Sequence record: KF055347
Reading direction: 5' to 3' (one strand)
Length of the DNA stretch: 64,000 nucleotides
Source: Escherichia phage JH2
The position numbers were made by a program, and so were the translations under genes. The notes below the pieces were generated by a model. It had not been told where the DNA came from. It did not search any database and worked only from the letters and a program-made list of their open reading frames with translations. This document shows, piece after piece, positions 19,704 to 38,652 of the stretch (positions are counted from its first letter, which is position 1; every line of letters begins with the position of its first letter).

Positions 19704-20219
19704 ATGATTGATATCTACTTACAAGATGCTCATGCAGACTTCCTTAAAGTGATGCTTAAAAAGTTTATGGCTTCACAGTATGAGAATGAAGCATCTTTTA
19801 AAATAGTTACATGTGGCGATGAAGCTGGTTTTGTTGAGATTGAACATGAAGGTACTGGAAAGACTGTTTGCAAGTTACCTGATAGTATGTTCTCTAGCAC
19901 GTTCTTAGCAAAGACTAGTATAAATGTTAAGCTTGTTCCTCAGATTGAAACATACTCTGGTACAGATTATCCTAAAGGCTTTAAGTCACTGATGAAGTAC
20001 TTCTTAGATGACTTTGTGAGCAATCTTATTAGTGAGGTAACAGAAAGCCGTACAATATTAACTGTAGAGAATATCGGAGGGACTATCAGGATTACTTCTG
20101 ACCGCTACTCTATGAGTCTCTTCGACTTCGTTCCTAAGAACTTTGATGGTATTCTGGATGAAGAAGATGACTGTGTAGACTTTATATTGGTTCTTGAACC
20201 AGTTTTTGAGGTTAAATAA
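19704..20219 (+). CDS. hypothetical protein
   Basis: 171 aa ORF with AGGTGA RBS. Confidence 0.5.
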   Translation: MIDIYLQDAHADFLKVMLKKFMASQYENEASFKIVTCGDEAGFVEIEHEGTGKTVCKLPDSMFSSTFLAKTSINVKLVPQIETYSGTDYPKGFKSLMKYFLDDFVSNLISEVTESRTILTVENIGGTIRITSDRYSMSLFDFVPKNFDGILDEEDDCVDFILVLEPVFEVK

Positions 20220-20480
20220 ATGAAAATTGAACACTGCTATGAGTCTGATGGAACACCCATTCGTTGTCCACATTGTGGGTGTACAGACTTGCAAGGTGAA
20301 GTTCATATGATTGTTAATGGTCATATAGCTGAAGAAAGTACTACATGTGTTGGTTGTGGTGAGCATCTATCATTCTGGGCTTATGGTTCATACCAACCTA
20401 CACCACACTTAATCTACCATAGCAATAAAGCTGTGAAGAATGTTATCAACTGGTTCATTAAGAAAGGATTTACAAAATGA
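20220..20480 (+). CDS. zinc-ribbon hypothetical protein
   Basis: CPHCGC...CVGCGEH four-cysteine arrangement; GAGG RBS. Confidence 0.5.
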   Translation: MKIEHCYESDGTPIRCPHCGCTDLQGEVHMIVNGHIAEESTTCVGCGEHLSFWAYGSYQPTPHLIYHSNKAVKNVINWFIKKGFTK

Positions 20481-21022
20481 TTAAATTAATCTTTGCAAGT
20501 GGTGAAAATGGTGAGTTTGGTACTCCAACTGGTATGCCGTGGCCTCGACATAAACAGGATATGCAAGAGTTTAAGAGACTCACTAAAAATAACTTAGTAG
20601 TGATGGGGAATGAGACTTTTAAGACTCTGGGTAGTAAACCTTTACCAGAACGTGCAAACCTCATCTTAACAAATTCTGTACCATACTTAGGCATAGACTT
20701 TGGCAAAGATGACGTAATGTATGCTAAAGCCAGTAAAGAGTCATTTGGAGCATTTTTGAAATATCTTGATAGCTCTATTGATGAAGATATCTTTGTAATT
20801 GGTGGTGCAGGTGTCCTTGTCAATGCTTTACCGTATGCTAGTGTGGTGTTCCATACTGTTTTCCATAAAGTTACTGAAGAAGCCACTGTGTATTTACCTT
20901 TTGAAAACTTCTTTGAGAAGCTGTATGATAACCGTGTATTTACAAAGGTACAGTCAAAACCATCAGAGGATGGTAAAGCAACTTTTGAAATTTATGTTCC
21001 ACAAGTAAAAGGACACTTTTGA
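20477..21022 (+). CDS. dihydrofolate reductase
   Basis: N-terminal MIKLIFA...GMPWPRHKQDMQEFKRLT...VVMGNETFKTLG matches the DHFR fold signature (T4 frd / folA-like). Confidence 0.8.
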   Translation: MIKLIFASGENGEFGTPTGMPWPRHKQDMQEFKRLTKNNLVVMGNETFKTLGSKPLPERANLILTNSVPYLGIDFGKDDVMYAKASKESFGAFLKYLDSSIDEDIFVIGGAGVLVNALPYASVVFHTVFHKVTEEATVYLPFENFFEKLYDNRVFTKVQSKPSEDGKATFEIYVPQVKGHF

Positions 21023-21023
21023 T

Positions 21024-21923
21024 ATGTCACAAGCAGATACAAGTTACAAAAATATCCTGAACCATGTTTTATCCGTTGGTGAACTGCGTACTACACGAAC
21101 TGGAGATGTTATCTCTGCATTTGCTCCACCTCAGTTTCGTTTTGATATGCGAACTGGTTTCCCGCTCTTAACATCTAAACAGGTGTTTACACGGCAAGTT
21201 ATTGGGGAAGCTTTATGGTTCCTGAATGGTGAGAATAAGCTTGGTGAACTCCGTTATCGTACTTGGGGTGAAAATGATGGGGAACGCTGGACTATCTGGT
21301 CAGATGATTTTAAACGCTGGTTAAGCTCTAATTATTCTTCTGAACAAGATTGGTTAGAAGATGCAGGTGGAAGAATCTATGGGGTTCAGTGGAGAAACTT
21401 TGAAGGCCATAACGGTTGTGTTGTAGACCAGTTAGATGCCTTAGTAACAAAGATGAAGGGTGATATCACAGACCGTTACATGCTTGTTAATGCTTGGAAT
21501 GCAGCAGACATTGCAGCAAACTCAATGGCTTTAGCACCTTGTCATGTTCTGTTTCAGATTTATATCACTAATGAGGGTGAAGTTGACTTACAATGGTATC
21601 AGCGTTCAGTAGACACCTTTTTAGGACTTCCATTTAATATTGCATCTTATGGTTTTATTCTGGAAGTTCTTTGTAAGATGACTGGATACACTCCACGGTA
21701 CTTGATAGGTGTCTTTGGGGATACTCAGATTTATCAGAACCATATGAAACAGGTTTATGAACTGATGAACAATGAAGAGTTCCATGCACCAACTTTTGAG
21801 ATTGGTCTACAACTTAATACTTTAAGTGACCTAAAACATCTCACTGCAAGTGACTTTATCGGTGGCATTAACAACTACCAACATGCAGGAAAGATTGAAG
21901 CACCTTTATCAGTAGGTAAGTAA
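21024..21923 (+). CDS. thyA: thymidylate synthase
   Basis: Catalytic LAPCHVLFQ and RSVDTFLGLPFNIASY motifs, near-identical to the ThyA consensus. Confidence 0.9.
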   Translation: MSQADTSYKNILNHVLSVGELRTTRTGDVISAFAPPQFRFDMRTGFPLLTSKQVFTRQVIGEALWFLNGENKLGELRYRTWGENDGERWTIWSDDFKRWLSSNYSSEQDWLEDAGGRIYGVQWRNFEGHNGCVVDQLDALVTKMKGDITDRYMLVNAWNAADIAANSMALAPCHVLFQIYITNEGEVDLQWYQRSVDTFLGLPFNIASYGFILEVLCKMTGYTPRYLIGVFGDTQIYQNHMKQVYELMNNEEFHAPTFEIGLQLNTLSDLKHLTASDFIGGINNYQHAGKIEAPLSVGK

Positions 21924-21924
21924 A

Positions 21925-21960
21925 ACAAAAAAGGCTCCTTTTTATGGGAGCCTTAAATTT
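21925..21960. terminator. bidirectional rho-independent terminator between convergent operons
   Basis: Hairpin AAGGCTCC-TTTTTAT-GGGAGCCTT flanked by A-run on one side and T-rich tract on the other. Confidence 0.65.
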
Positions 21961-22331
21961 TACTTTTCAGTATTCTTTGTGTTCTTTTCAGTAATAGCTT
22001 GGAGGGCTGATACTGATTGAGCCAGATTGTTCACACTATCAGAGAATTTATCAAGGGTCTTAGTAAGTTTTGCGTTCTCACCCTTAACATTCTCTAACTG
22101 GACTTTCTGGTTCTCCATCCCTAGCTGAAGCAGCCTCATATCAGACTGTAAATCACGAATAGCTGAATAATTACTTTTGGAATAATTATCTAACTGCTGT
22201 AACTTTGTTGTGATAGACACTTCTTGTTTACCACTTGCAACCTGCATTGTGGTATACATCCCAATAACACTAAAAATACCAACTACAATTGCACCAATAT
22301 TGTTTTTAAAAGCTTCCTCTAGCCACTTCAT
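21960..22331 (-). CDS. membrane-anchored coiled-coil protein
   Basis: N-terminal TM segment IGAIVVGIFSVIGMYTTM followed by coiled-coil; last gene of the leftward structural operon. Confidence 0.5.
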   Translation of the reverse strand: MKWLEEAFKNNIGAIVVGIFSVIGMYTTMQVASGKQEVSITTKLQQLDNYSKSNYSAIRDLQSDMRLLQLGMENQKVQLENVKGENAKLTKTLDKFSDSVNNLAQSVSALQAITEKNTKNTEK

Positions 22332-22525
22332 TTATTCTCCCCCTTAAAAGCTTTTTCTAAGTTATCTACGAACTCATCATCAATAGGTGTGTCTGTTTTA
22401 CTCGCAAGGTATCTTGCAAGTCTAAAGAACACTTTCTCAATCATGTATTCACTTAGAAGGGATAAAATGAGTTTCCAGAAGAAGCTACCTAGATTTTTTA
22501 GAAGAATTGCTAGGATTGTAGGCAT
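22328..22525 (-). CDS. small hydrophobic protein
   Basis: 65 aa, hydrophobic N-terminal half; GAGGTG RBS. Confidence 0.45.
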   Translation of the reverse strand: MPTILAILLKNLGSFFWKLILSLLSEYMIEKVFFRLARYLASKTDTPIDDEFVDNLEKAFKGENK

Positions 22526-22604
22526 TTAATCACCTCATCAGCCAAGATGGTGAGAATACCCATAAAGAATATTAACACCATCTTAACAATCAGTCAACAA
22601 GGGA

Positions 22605-24950
22605 TTAAGCAGTTCTCACCCAAGCCATTAACTTATAGAACTGGTTAATTACACTAAATGCTGAACCAGAACCTGTACCACCAGTGTTACCACTTACTGT
22701 GTGGCTGTGAGCACCAATACCAACTGAGTGAGCGTGGTTACCATTTGATGCAGCAGTACCACTTACTGAGTGTGAGTGATTCCCAGCACTACCCGTTTGT
22801 ACGGTATTTCTGTTACCATCAGAATCCCAATCACCCCTTGTACCACTTGGTTGCGCACCAGTAATATAACCATGTGTATGAGCACCTGTTGTATTCGTTG
22901 AACCACTCACTGAGTGGGTGTGAGCACCAGTAGTGTTAGTGGTTTTAGTACCGTAGTCAAAGCTAGAGGTTGTCGCAGAGAAACTATGCGTGTGTGAAGG
23001 TAAGTTACCAACAGCTAACGTCACAGAATCTGAACCACCTGTTGTAGCAACATCTGAACCGTTTGCTGCTGCAATTCTGATAGTTCTACCAACACCATTG
23101 TTGAGGTACGTCCAAGTTAGACCAGGAAGTGCTGTATTAGGGTTAACATTGCTGTTAAACCAAGTTACAATACCTACTGGATAGATTTTATTAAGGTCTG
23201 TAGAGTCACTAATTGCCTGTGCAATCTTCTGGTCAGTTTCAGCTTTAGTGTATGCACCAATATCTGAAGGGGTTGGTTTAAAATCAGTTGTGTAAAGCTG
23301 TGCTTCCCCAGCATATCTGCCGTCTTTGTCATAGGCATAGGTGAATGTTGCCAGTCCATTTGAGCCATACACAAAAGAGATTCCTCTTGCATGTGCAGCA
23401 GTCTTATTAGAGTGAGCAACATGAATTGCCAACTCTTTCAGTCCACTAGTAACAGCATTGTTTCTGACAAAACCTGAGTACCCAAGATTAAACCCTGAAG
23501 GGTTTTCAAGGTTATCTACAGATAATGTCATTAAGGATTGGTTTAATAACTGAGTTTTAACAAAATATCTAGCATCTAAGTTAGAAAAGTTCGAAGGTTG
23601 AACTTGACCAGTGATTGCTAAATTCTTATTCGCAACAATTGCTGATGGTTCAAGGGCAATTTGAGTACCAGAGTAACTATTGTTTAAGGTTACCACATTA
23701 GAGTTTGGGCCACCTACACCTAACCACCACCTCGATACGTTCGCGGTATCCACACCACGGATATATAGCGGTTGCCCCTGTGTCAAGTTTCTTAATACTA
23801 AACCTTCGTTATTTGATACGATAGTCTGCACATTCACGAAAGTGTTTGCCACATTAAGTTTAGGGAGATTACTCAAAGTAGCTGCTGGAATATATCTAGA
23901 GTCAATATTAGCCCAATCAGAAGGTTGAACTTGACCAGTGATTCTGAAGTCCTTGTTTACTGCGACATGCCCATTGTCAAGTCTAAGATAAGAACCATAC
24001 ACATAGTTGCTGATGAATACAGCAGGTGTATTATCACCATTTCCTACATACCACTTACCAGAACCATCATTAGCTTCGGCTTTAACGTATAGTGCAGCAT
24101 TTGCTACAGTATTTTTCAACCTTAAAGCAGCACTGTCACTAATAATAAGTAGGTTTCTGCTAAACGTGTTAGTGCCAGTGAAATTGTTATTAGCAGCTAA
24201 CTGTGCAAATCTCTGATTAGCAACTGTCTGTGTGAAGTATCTAGCATCTAAGTTAGAGAAGTCAGAAGGTTGAACTTGACCAGTGATTGCTAAAGACTTA
24301 TTAACAGAGACATTGCTTGCAATAGTCAAAGCTGAGTCATATTTATTATTGTACAGTTGCACTGCATCAGAGCCATTTTTACTAATACCAACCAACCATC
24401 TAGCTGAACCATCTAGGTTTACACCTTCAATATATTGTGCATTGTTTGCATTTTGGTTTCTAAGGCGAAGTAAGTTAACATCACCTTGAATGTTCTGAGT
24501 TCCAGAGAATGTGTTTGTGACAGCAAGCCTTGCATATCTTGCATCATTCTCTTCATTAGTTCTCATACCAAGCTCATTAGGGCTTGGCTTATTCAGAGTA
24601 TGATAAACAGTTGCCGACCTTGAAGCATCTGCAATAGTTAGTTTAAGACCATTTGCGTTGATTTTAAAAGTCTTTAAAACATCCCCAATATTAATCTCAG
24701 AAGAACCTGTAGGGTCAAAGACTGCCTTACCACCATAAAGTAACTTAACAATACCTAAGTCACCCGTCATAGTACTACCAGCAATCTGAACAAATCTCTC
24801 AAGTTTAAAAGACGCTAAGAAGTCTTGATAGGTCATTCGACGGTCTTCATCACCTAGCATTTCAGGTCTCTTTTTAACCCTGACATGAAGAAGGTCATCT
24901 GAACGGATTGTGTCGATTGAGTTTAATTCACTCAACTTGTAATCTGCCAT
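22605..24950 (-). CDS. tail fibre protein (long) with HxH-rich C-terminal tip domain
   Basis: 781 aa; repeated internal segments; C-terminus rich in GAHTHS / GNHSHS / GAHSHT HxH motifs like the metal-binding tip of T4 gp37-type fibres; AAGAGGAAAA RBS. Confidence 0.75.
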   Translation of the reverse strand: MADYKLSELNSIDTIRSDDLLHVRVKKRPEMLGDEDRRMTYQDFLASFKLERFVQIAGSTMTGDLGIVKLLYGGKAVFDPTGSSEINIGDVLKTFKINANGLKLTIADASRSATVYHTLNKPSPNELGMRTNEENDARYARLAVTNTFSGTQNIQGDVNLLRLRNQNANNAQYIEGVNLDGSARWLVGISKNGSDAVQLYNNKYDSALTIASNVSVNKSLAITGQVQPSDFSNLDARYFTQTVANQRFAQLAANNNFTGTNTFSRNLLIISDSAALRLKNTVANAALYVKAEANDGSGKWYVGNGDNTPAVFISNYVYGSYLRLDNGHVAVNKDFRITGQVQPSDWANIDSRYIPAATLSNLPKLNVANTFVNVQTIVSNNEGLVLRNLTQGQPLYIRGVDTANVSRWWLGVGGPNSNVVTLNNSYSGTQIALEPSAIVANKNLAITGQVQPSNFSNLDARYFVKTQLLNQSLMTLSVDNLENPSGFNLGYSGFVRNNAVTSGLKELAIHVAHSNKTAAHARGISFVYGSNGLATFTYAYDKDGRYAGEAQLYTTDFKPTPSDIGAYTKAETDQKIAQAISDSTDLNKIYPVGIVTWFNSNVNPNTALPGLTWTYLNNGVGRTIRIAAANGSDVATTGGSDSVTLAVGNLPSHTHSFSATTSSFDYGTKTTNTTGAHTHSVSGSTNTTGAHTHGYITGAQPSGTRGDWDSDGNRNTVQTGSAGNHSHSVSGTAASNGNHAHSVGIGAHSHTVSGNTGGTGSGSAFSVINQFYKLMAWVRTA

Positions 24951-24996
24951 TATAAATTTTCCTCTTAAAAGGGGCTATAAAGCCCCTGTAAAGAAA

Positions 24997-26166
24997 TTAA
25001 GCTGTTCTTTGCCATACATAAACTACAAAAGATGGTTGCTCAACACTAAATGCTTGACCAGCACCAACAGACCCTGTAGTTCCTGAATGGGTGTGTTCTC
25101 CAACTCCAGTAATGCTAACCGTTACATTGTGTGAATGTGCCCCGATAGCAACAGTGTGTGAGTGCGAGCCAATAGCCACCGTGTGATTATGATTACCATT
25201 AGACGCAGCAGTACCACTGATGGAGTGAGAGTGGTTACCAGCACTATCTGTCTGAACAGTATTCCTGTGCCCATCCCTATCCCAGTCCCCTGACGCACCA
25301 GTATCTTGGTAACCAGTGACATATCCATGCGTGTGAGCACCTGTTGTATTTGTTGAACCACTCACAGAGTGTGTATGAGCACCAGTAGTGTTTGTGGTCT
25401 TAGTACCGTAATCAAATGACGAGGTTGATTTAGTACCATAATCAAACGCACTAACTGAGACATTTGCACCATGACTATGATTTCCACCTGTTAGGTAGAT
25501 AGAATGACTGTGTGATGGTAAATTGTTGCTAGACAAACTAACACTACTAGAGCCAAAGTTACTACCGACTGGCCTTGAGTTATCACTGTAGCCTACTAAT
25601 GCCCGACCTTTTGATACCAACTCCCAAGTACCTCCACAAATTAGGTAGGTAGCTGGGTTAGCAGAGTTCATCGAAAGGTGCAATGTACCAACAGGATAAG
25701 AAGCCTGAACAGCCTTATACAAGTTATTTACTGCTCTTGCTGTAGCGTACTTATCTGCATCCTCATTATAAAGGTTAGATGTTGTCCAGTTCTGGACATT
25801 ACTTAAACCAACCTGCGCCTTAGTTGTATTGTGTGGGTTGCTCTTGTCATTAATATGCTGTTGAATAAGGCTATTAACCTCTTCTGAAGACATAATCTGT
25901 AGATTTGCTCTTGCCTCAGCTACATTAACAATATCTGATAAGTTATTTGCAGCAACTAACTGAAGAGCATTAATAACATTGTCTAGACCAATTTGTGTCT
26001 TAGTAACACCATGAGGGTTATTTCTTAGGCTTGAGTGTGGAGCAAGTAGTTGCTCAAGAGTACATCTCTTATCCTCAATACCCTGCTTAAGATGGAAGAT
26101 ATCACTAAGGTCAATTGGTAAGGCTGCTTGAGGCAAGGCACTAATTTGAATTTCACCTACTGCCAT
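24997..26166 (-). CDS. tail fibre protein (short) sharing the C-terminal tip module
   Basis: 389 aa; C-terminal ~130 aa nearly colinear with the 22605..24950 C-terminus at protein and DNA level. Confidence 0.7.
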   Translation of the reverse strand: MAVGEIQISALPQAALPIDLSDIFHLKQGIEDKRCTLEQLLAPHSSLRNNPHGVTKTQIGLDNVINALQLVAANNLSDIVNVAEARANLQIMSSEEVNSLIQQHINDKSNPHNTTKAQVGLSNVQNWTTSNLYNEDADKYATARAVNNLYKAVQASYPVGTLHLSMNSANPATYLICGGTWELVSKGRALVGYSDNSRPVGSNFGSSSVSLSSNNLPSHSHSIYLTGGNHSHGANVSVSAFDYGTKSTSSFDYGTKTTNTTGAHTHSVSGSTNTTGAHTHGYVTGYQDTGASGDWDRDGHRNTVQTDSAGNHSHSISGTAASNGNHNHTVAIGSHSHTVAIGAHSHNVTVSITGVGEHTHSGTTGSVGAGQAFSVEQPSFVVYVWQRTA

Positions 26167-26168
26167 TA

Positions 26169-34199
<8,031 letters not shown>

Positions 34200-34200
<1 letters not shown>

Positions 34201-34439
34201 TACATTTTTCCTGCTCTTCTAAGTTCGTTGTAAGCAATTTCCTCTTTATACGACCTCTGAATTTCAAGAAATTGTCTCAATGATAATAAATCAGAGAATG
34301 TCATAGCAAAGAGTTGGTCAAGTGTTTCTTTACACCCTTCCATACCATAAATAGCAAGCACAAATTTCATCTCGTCTGCTTCTTCATAGGTTGACTCTAC
34401 AGCAGCATCAGTTAGTGGTGTCTGTAGAGTGTTACCCAT
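34200..34439 (-). CDS. tail assembly chaperone, downstream ORF (possible frameshift extension)
   Basis: 79 aa ORF abutting the 34442..34840 stop with a weak RBS of its own; classic G/GT arrangement before tape measure. Confidence 0.4.
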
Positions 34440-34441
34440 GT

Positions 34442-34840
34442 TTACTGAGAAGTTAGGCTTTTGAAAATGCTTGCTTCGAAAAAACTTCCGAAGTTTGCCT
34501 CCAGCGCAAATGCTAAGTAATCAATAAATTCACCATAGTTTGCTTGGAAGTATGTATCAATATTAAGTGGGAAGTCATCAACAGTTGCCCCTTGAAATAA
34601 CATGGTAGCCATTTCTTCAAGGTTAATTTCTTCAATTCTGTCAAAACAAGCTTCAACAAGTTCTTTAAATGGAACCATTGGAACATCTTTCTTACCTTTA
34701 TCAGTCAGACTTGATAGCATCTGTGCAAAAGTTGGAACAACAATTTTACCCAACTTCATAGACATCTTAATACCATCTCTTGCCCCAAGCAGAATGATAT
34801 TTACTTTCTTACCATTAATTACTCTAGATTCTGTTTTCAT
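34442..34840 (-). CDS. tail assembly chaperone
   Basis: 132 aa ORF between tail tube and tape measure; AAGGAAT RBS. Confidence 0.5.
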   Translation of the reverse strand: MKTESRVINGKKVNIILLGARDGIKMSMKLGKIVVPTFAQMLSSLTDKGKKDVPMVPFKELVEACFDRIEEINLEEMATMLFQGATVDDFPLNIDTYFQANYGEFIDYLAFALEANFGSFFEASIFKSLTSQ

Positions 34841-34860
34841 TGTGATTCCTTAATACTTTT

Positions 34861-34900
34861 AAAAGAAACAAAAAAGGGGAAGACCTTTTAAAGTCTCCCC
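34861..34900 (-). terminator. rho-independent terminator (minus strand)
   Basis: Minus-strand hairpin GGGGGAGAC-UUUAAAAG-GUCUUCCCC followed by UUUUUUGUUUCUUUU, downstream of the tube gene. Confidence 0.6.
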
Positions 34901-34913
34901 CTTATAGGATATA

Positions 34914-35360
34914 TTAAACACTTGACGCTGGAATTGTAGAAGTGTAGTCTAGCTTCTCACAACCAAAAATCCAAGTTTTAGAGTTCTGGTCACGACCAAG
35001 TTCAATCTGTGGTAATTCCTGCAACCAAGCATTAATACCAGTTGCCAGAACAGAGCCTGATGGGTCGTAGATTACGAAGTTAGAAGAGATATCTTCTTCA
35101 AGTTCCATATTGTCTTGTTTAGCTTGAATTGCAGAAAGCATCTGGTTAGAGAGAGAAGTCTGCATTAGCTCAATCTCAATAGTACCTGTCTTGTCTGCAT
35201 TTCTTGTCAGAGCAACTTGACCACCTGCACCTACAACTGGTGTAATAAGTGGTGATGTTCTCTGTAGACGTAAGAATGAGTCTGGGGCAAAGCCTTCAAT
35301 AGCAATGCCGTTCCAGCTACATACAACGTCTTTAGGGGAATATTGCTGATACATAGCCAT
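34914..35360 (-). CDS. tail tube protein
   Basis: 148 aa ORF immediately downstream of the sheath gene (synteny; contractile-tail order). Confidence 0.55.
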   Translation of the reverse strand: MAMYQQYSPKDVVCSWNGIAIEGFAPDSFLRLQRTSPLITPVVGAGGQVALTRNADKTGTIEIELMQTSLSNQMLSAIQAKQDNMELEEDISSNFVIYDPSGSVLATGINAWLQELPQIELGRDQNSKTWIFGCEKLDYTSTIPASSV

Positions 35361-35375
35361 TCCAATTTACCTCTA

Positions 35376-36728
35376 TTATTCGTAAGCCACTGTACCTTTC
35401 AAGTCAACATCCAAGATAGCGCCTGCTAAGATACCTGCAAAGGTAATGTCTTTCAGGATACGAGCTTTCTTGTCTGCCAAAGCAACTTGAGAGGCTTTAG
35501 GAACATTAACTGTGTAAGATGACAGGAAGTTTCTGTTGACTGCTCTTTGTAGAGAGGTTTCAATGACTTGACGAATACGAGTAATACCAGTATCATCATA
35601 AGTAATCTTACCACCCTTCTGGTTAATTAGCAAGTCTCTCAGAGAAGTTTTCAGGTCTGATTCTAACCAGTCAACACCACGGATGATATCAATCCATTCC
35701 CCACCAGAAGTAATCCCTCTACGAACCACTGGAACACCACCATCAAGGTCAATAAAGTTACAGTGACGTGCATCTAAAGCTGACTTCTGAATACTTGTCA
35801 GAGGTCTCTGATTAGATGGTTGTAGAGAAGCAGCTACACCAGTTAACTGTGCGTTACCCCAAGCAATTGAACCTGCATCATATGGAGCACCATAAGCAAT
35901 GTATGCCATTTCTGGATAATCTTCTGCTGCTGTGTGATGCCATAAGCAAACTGTACGAGTGTACTTATTCTTAGCAAGTTGTGCTGGAACATCATTTGCA
36001 CTGGCTAATTCTGTACCTTGCAGTGCTGCTACATCAGAGTTAGCTGTAAAGAAAATCTTCTTGCGAGCCTGAATCTCAGAAGCCATTGCTAAGACAAACT
36101 GTTGAGTTCTATCTTCTGCTGCAATGAAATACCAGTCGGTAGAATAAGCTTCGATGGCTGCCAGAGCAGTTGATGCTGTATCAGCAGTTGTGCTTGCAAT
36201 AAATACAGTCTGTGCTATAGTTGTTACTTTCACGAAATCATTGTCACCAGCTTTGGTAATAATCATTGTGGCAGAACCAGCACTACCAGTTACGTTCACA
36301 GAAACCTTATCTTTGATTGTTGGGTCAGCTTCAATCTGTGTTTTAAACTGTTGCAATACTTTTTCAGCAGTGTCTGAGCTTTTCGCTGTATACTGATATG
36401 GTTGAGAAACTCCACCGCCCACAGCTACAGTTAAAGAATAATCGGTACTTTCAGTAACAGAGTCAGGAATTGATACAGTATACTGCATAGCACGTCTACC
36501 AATATAAAGCTGAGTTACTTTAGGAGTTTGACTCCAAAGTTGTTTAGCAGCCTTATATGCAGCAGACTTCTCATCGAAATCTTCAGCAACTTCAGTTAAG
36601 GAAGTGTAACCACGCACTCTTTCTTCAAAGTTATCTGTTGAAGCTAAGAATAGTGGCAAACCAAAACCTTCTCTTGTAGTTCCTGCGGTGTTCAATGTAA
36701 TATCTACATTAACAATTGGATTCCACAT
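35376..36728 (-). CDS. tail sheath protein
   Basis: 450 aa ORF preceding the tube gene; size and position typical of contractile sheath; AAGGGG RBS. Confidence 0.6.
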   Translation of the reverse strand: MWNPIVNVDITLNTAGTTREGFGLPLFLASTDNFEERVRGYTSLTEVAEDFDEKSAAYKAAKQLWSQTPKVTQLYIGRRAMQYTVSIPDSVTESTDYSLTVAVGGGVSQPYQYTAKSSDTAEKVLQQFKTQIEADPTIKDKVSVNVTGSAGSATMIITKAGDNDFVKVTTIAQTVFIASTTADTASTALAAIEAYSTDWYFIAAEDRTQQFVLAMASEIQARKKIFFTANSDVAALQGTELASANDVPAQLAKNKYTRTVCLWHHTAAEDYPEMAYIAYGAPYDAGSIAWGNAQLTGVAASLQPSNQRPLTSIQKSALDARHCNFIDLDGGVPVVRRGITSGGEWIDIIRGVDWLESDLKTSLRDLLINQKGGKITYDDTGITRIRQVIETSLQRAVNRNFLSSYTVNVPKASQVALADKKARILKDITFAGILAGAILDVDLKGTVAYE

Positions 36729-37328
36729 TTATTTTACCCCTTTGGAGTCTACATCTAGATGGATAGTATATTCTGGTGGCTCTTGTCCTTCTTCATAAAC
36801 TAACTCACCATCAACAATGACACGCTCAATAATACTTCCACGTTCATCTTTCAGGACTGAGTTTTTTACAAGAGTTACAACAAGAGGTGCAGAATTTTCG
36901 AAATCTGTATTGAGATAAGTGTAATCATTCGGGATTGCTCCAGTGTCTAGTACTGTAGCTCCTGTCTCTTCAAGAATTAAATCTCTGACTGAACTCATCT
37001 CTAATCGTTGTTTAAGCTCAAGCATAATACTGTGAGCACCTTTACCATTCACCGTAATCAATACAGGAATCTGAAAAGCAATTCTGTAGCAAACTACATC
37101 ATCCTCAACAAACTTATCAAGAACCCAACCATAAGGTGTTGCAGCATCTTGACAATATACGGTGATAAATGGCTGGTCAGGTTTTAAACCTTTGTCATTT
37201 GAGTTATCAGAAGGGTAAGCTCTAATTACATTTGGTCTATTATTTTTATCACGAGCTAGTCTGTGACCAATAACATCCACTAAGGTTCTAACTAGACCTT
37301 TTTCAAGTTCTGCTGTTTCTAACTGCAT
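36729..37328 (-). CDS. neck / tail completion protein
   Basis: 199 aa ORF between head and tail modules. Confidence 0.45.
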   Translation of the reverse strand: MQLETAELEKGLVRTLVDVIGHRLARDKNNRPNVIRAYPSDNSNDKGLKPDQPFITVYCQDAATPYGWVLDKFVEDDVVCYRIAFQIPVLITVNGKGAHSIMLELKQRLEMSSVRDLILEETGATVLDTGAIPNDYTYLNTDFENSAPLVVTLVKNSVLKDERGSIIERVIVDGELVYEEGQEPPEYTIHLDVDSKGVK

Positions 37329-37704
37329 TCATTTTATCCCTTCTAATAATGATATATTCATAATGGGACGTATGGGCTAATTGCTGTGACCAATCCATAG
37401 TCATAAATACTTCATACTCATGACCATCAATCATAACAATGTCAGACTCATTCCACTCTACATCGTCTGAAGTTCTAAGTTTGTATGTAGTATACAGGAT
37501 TCTTGTGTCGGTAAGTCTAATACCTTCCGGTAAAGCAATCTGTGTACCATTCTTTACAGAACCTTTGATATATGGCTGGATATTACCTTTACAGTTAACC
37601 TCTACAATATCTTGTGAAGCTACCCAATCACCATCATCATTATAATAACCGTCTTCAGAGACTTTACGCTTTACTACAAAGCTGTGCCTGTTTAAGAGTC
37701 TCAT
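37303..37704 (-). CDS. neck / head-tail joining protein
   Basis: 133 aa ORF, AAGGG RBS. Confidence 0.45.
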   Translation of the reverse strand: MRLLNRHSFVVKRKVSEDGYYNDDGDWVASQDIVEVNCKGNIQPYIKGSVKNGTQIALPEGIRLTDTRILYTTYKLRTSDDVEWNESDIVMIDGHEYEVFMTMDWSQQLAHTSHYEYIIIRRDKMNAVRNSRT

Positions 37705-38183
37705 TTTTTAATACCCTTCTTAGTAGAAATTTTATAAGCAAGGTTATCCCTTAAGTCACCTGTCTCAACAAGAGGTGCGTTAAAGCCTTTTTTCTTGACT
37801 GTGGAAGGTGCGTTAGGAGGGAGGATAGCAGAATTACCAAAACCTCTTTTAATTGCCTTCTGAGCATTCTTTGCAAATGCTTCTAAGGTATTTGAAGGGT
37901 CTGTGTTGAGACTGCTAAGTTGCTTATATAGATTCTTCTTAGTCTGCTCTAACAAGGTCTGTTTGTTTAGCATCATAGTGATTTCAAACAACCTACGATA
38001 TACTTTACCAGAAGCTGAAGGAACCCCAATAACTTCTTGTAAATACATTAAAGCAGGATAAGAAAAACCAGAGCTATGTTGACCTTGTTCTTGAAAATAC
38101 CCAACTTGAGCATTAGCCGTGTGCAAGTTCTTCATAGCCCCGACTAATTTTGCTCTAGCGGGGTGAATAACCCTTTTAACCAT
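37701..38183 (-). CDS. head completion / neck protein
   Basis: 160 aa ORF. Confidence 0.45.
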   Translation of the reverse strand: MVKRVIHPARAKLVGAMKNLHTANAQVGYFQEQGQHSSGFSYPALMYLQEVIGVPSASGKVYRRLFEITMMLNKQTLLEQTKKNLYKQLSSLNTDPSNTLEAFAKNAQKAIKRGFGNSAILPPNAPSTVKKKGFNAPLVETGDLRDNLAYKISTKKGIKK

Positions 38184-38632
38184 TATTCATCTCGCTCGAT
38201 AATAAATACGCCATTAACACGGTTGCAGTAATCTCTGCCTTCGTATCTGGCAGCATCACCATATTCTGTGTATTTCTTGACAGAGCAAGGATTCTGACGA
38301 CGCATGTCAATATCACACTGGCTAATACCACCCGCATAGGGTAGTCCTGAAACAGAGCTTTTAATAAGGTCGTCATAAACAGCTTTCAGAGATTTGAATC
38401 TGGAAGAGTTACGTAAGTAAACACCACCAACTTTCTCATCTCCCATCTTGGCTACTTGAAAGAGTAAATATTTAAGAGCTTTGATGGCTGCTTTCTTTTC
38501 ATCCTTTCCAGATTCTAGATAGAACCACTCTAGCACAGACTGCTCAATAAGAATTTCATCATTATTGGTGTCTGTGCAGAGGATTCTTACTCTATCAAGA
38601 GGGTTATTGGCTGGGTCGCCTGTATAACACAT
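38183..38632 (-). CDS. head-tail connector protein
   Basis: 149 aa ORF directly downstream of the major capsid gene; strong AGGAGGG RBS. Confidence 0.45.
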   Translation of the reverse strand: MCYTGDPANNPLDRVRILCTDTNNDEILIEQSVLEWFYLESGKDEKKAAIKALKYLLFQVAKMGDEKVGGVYLRNSSRFKSLKAVYDDLIKSSVSGLPYAGGISQCDIDMRRQNPCSVKKYTEYGDAARYEGRDYCNRVNGVFIIERDE

Positions 38633-38652
38633 TCATAACCCTCCTAAGTTTA

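Noticed and set aside
24968-24995. Hairpin AGGGGCT-ATAA-AGCCCCT between the two tail-fibre genes as a terminator
   Set aside because: On the transcribed minus strand it is not followed by a U-run; more likely an RNA processing or stability element, or coincidental.
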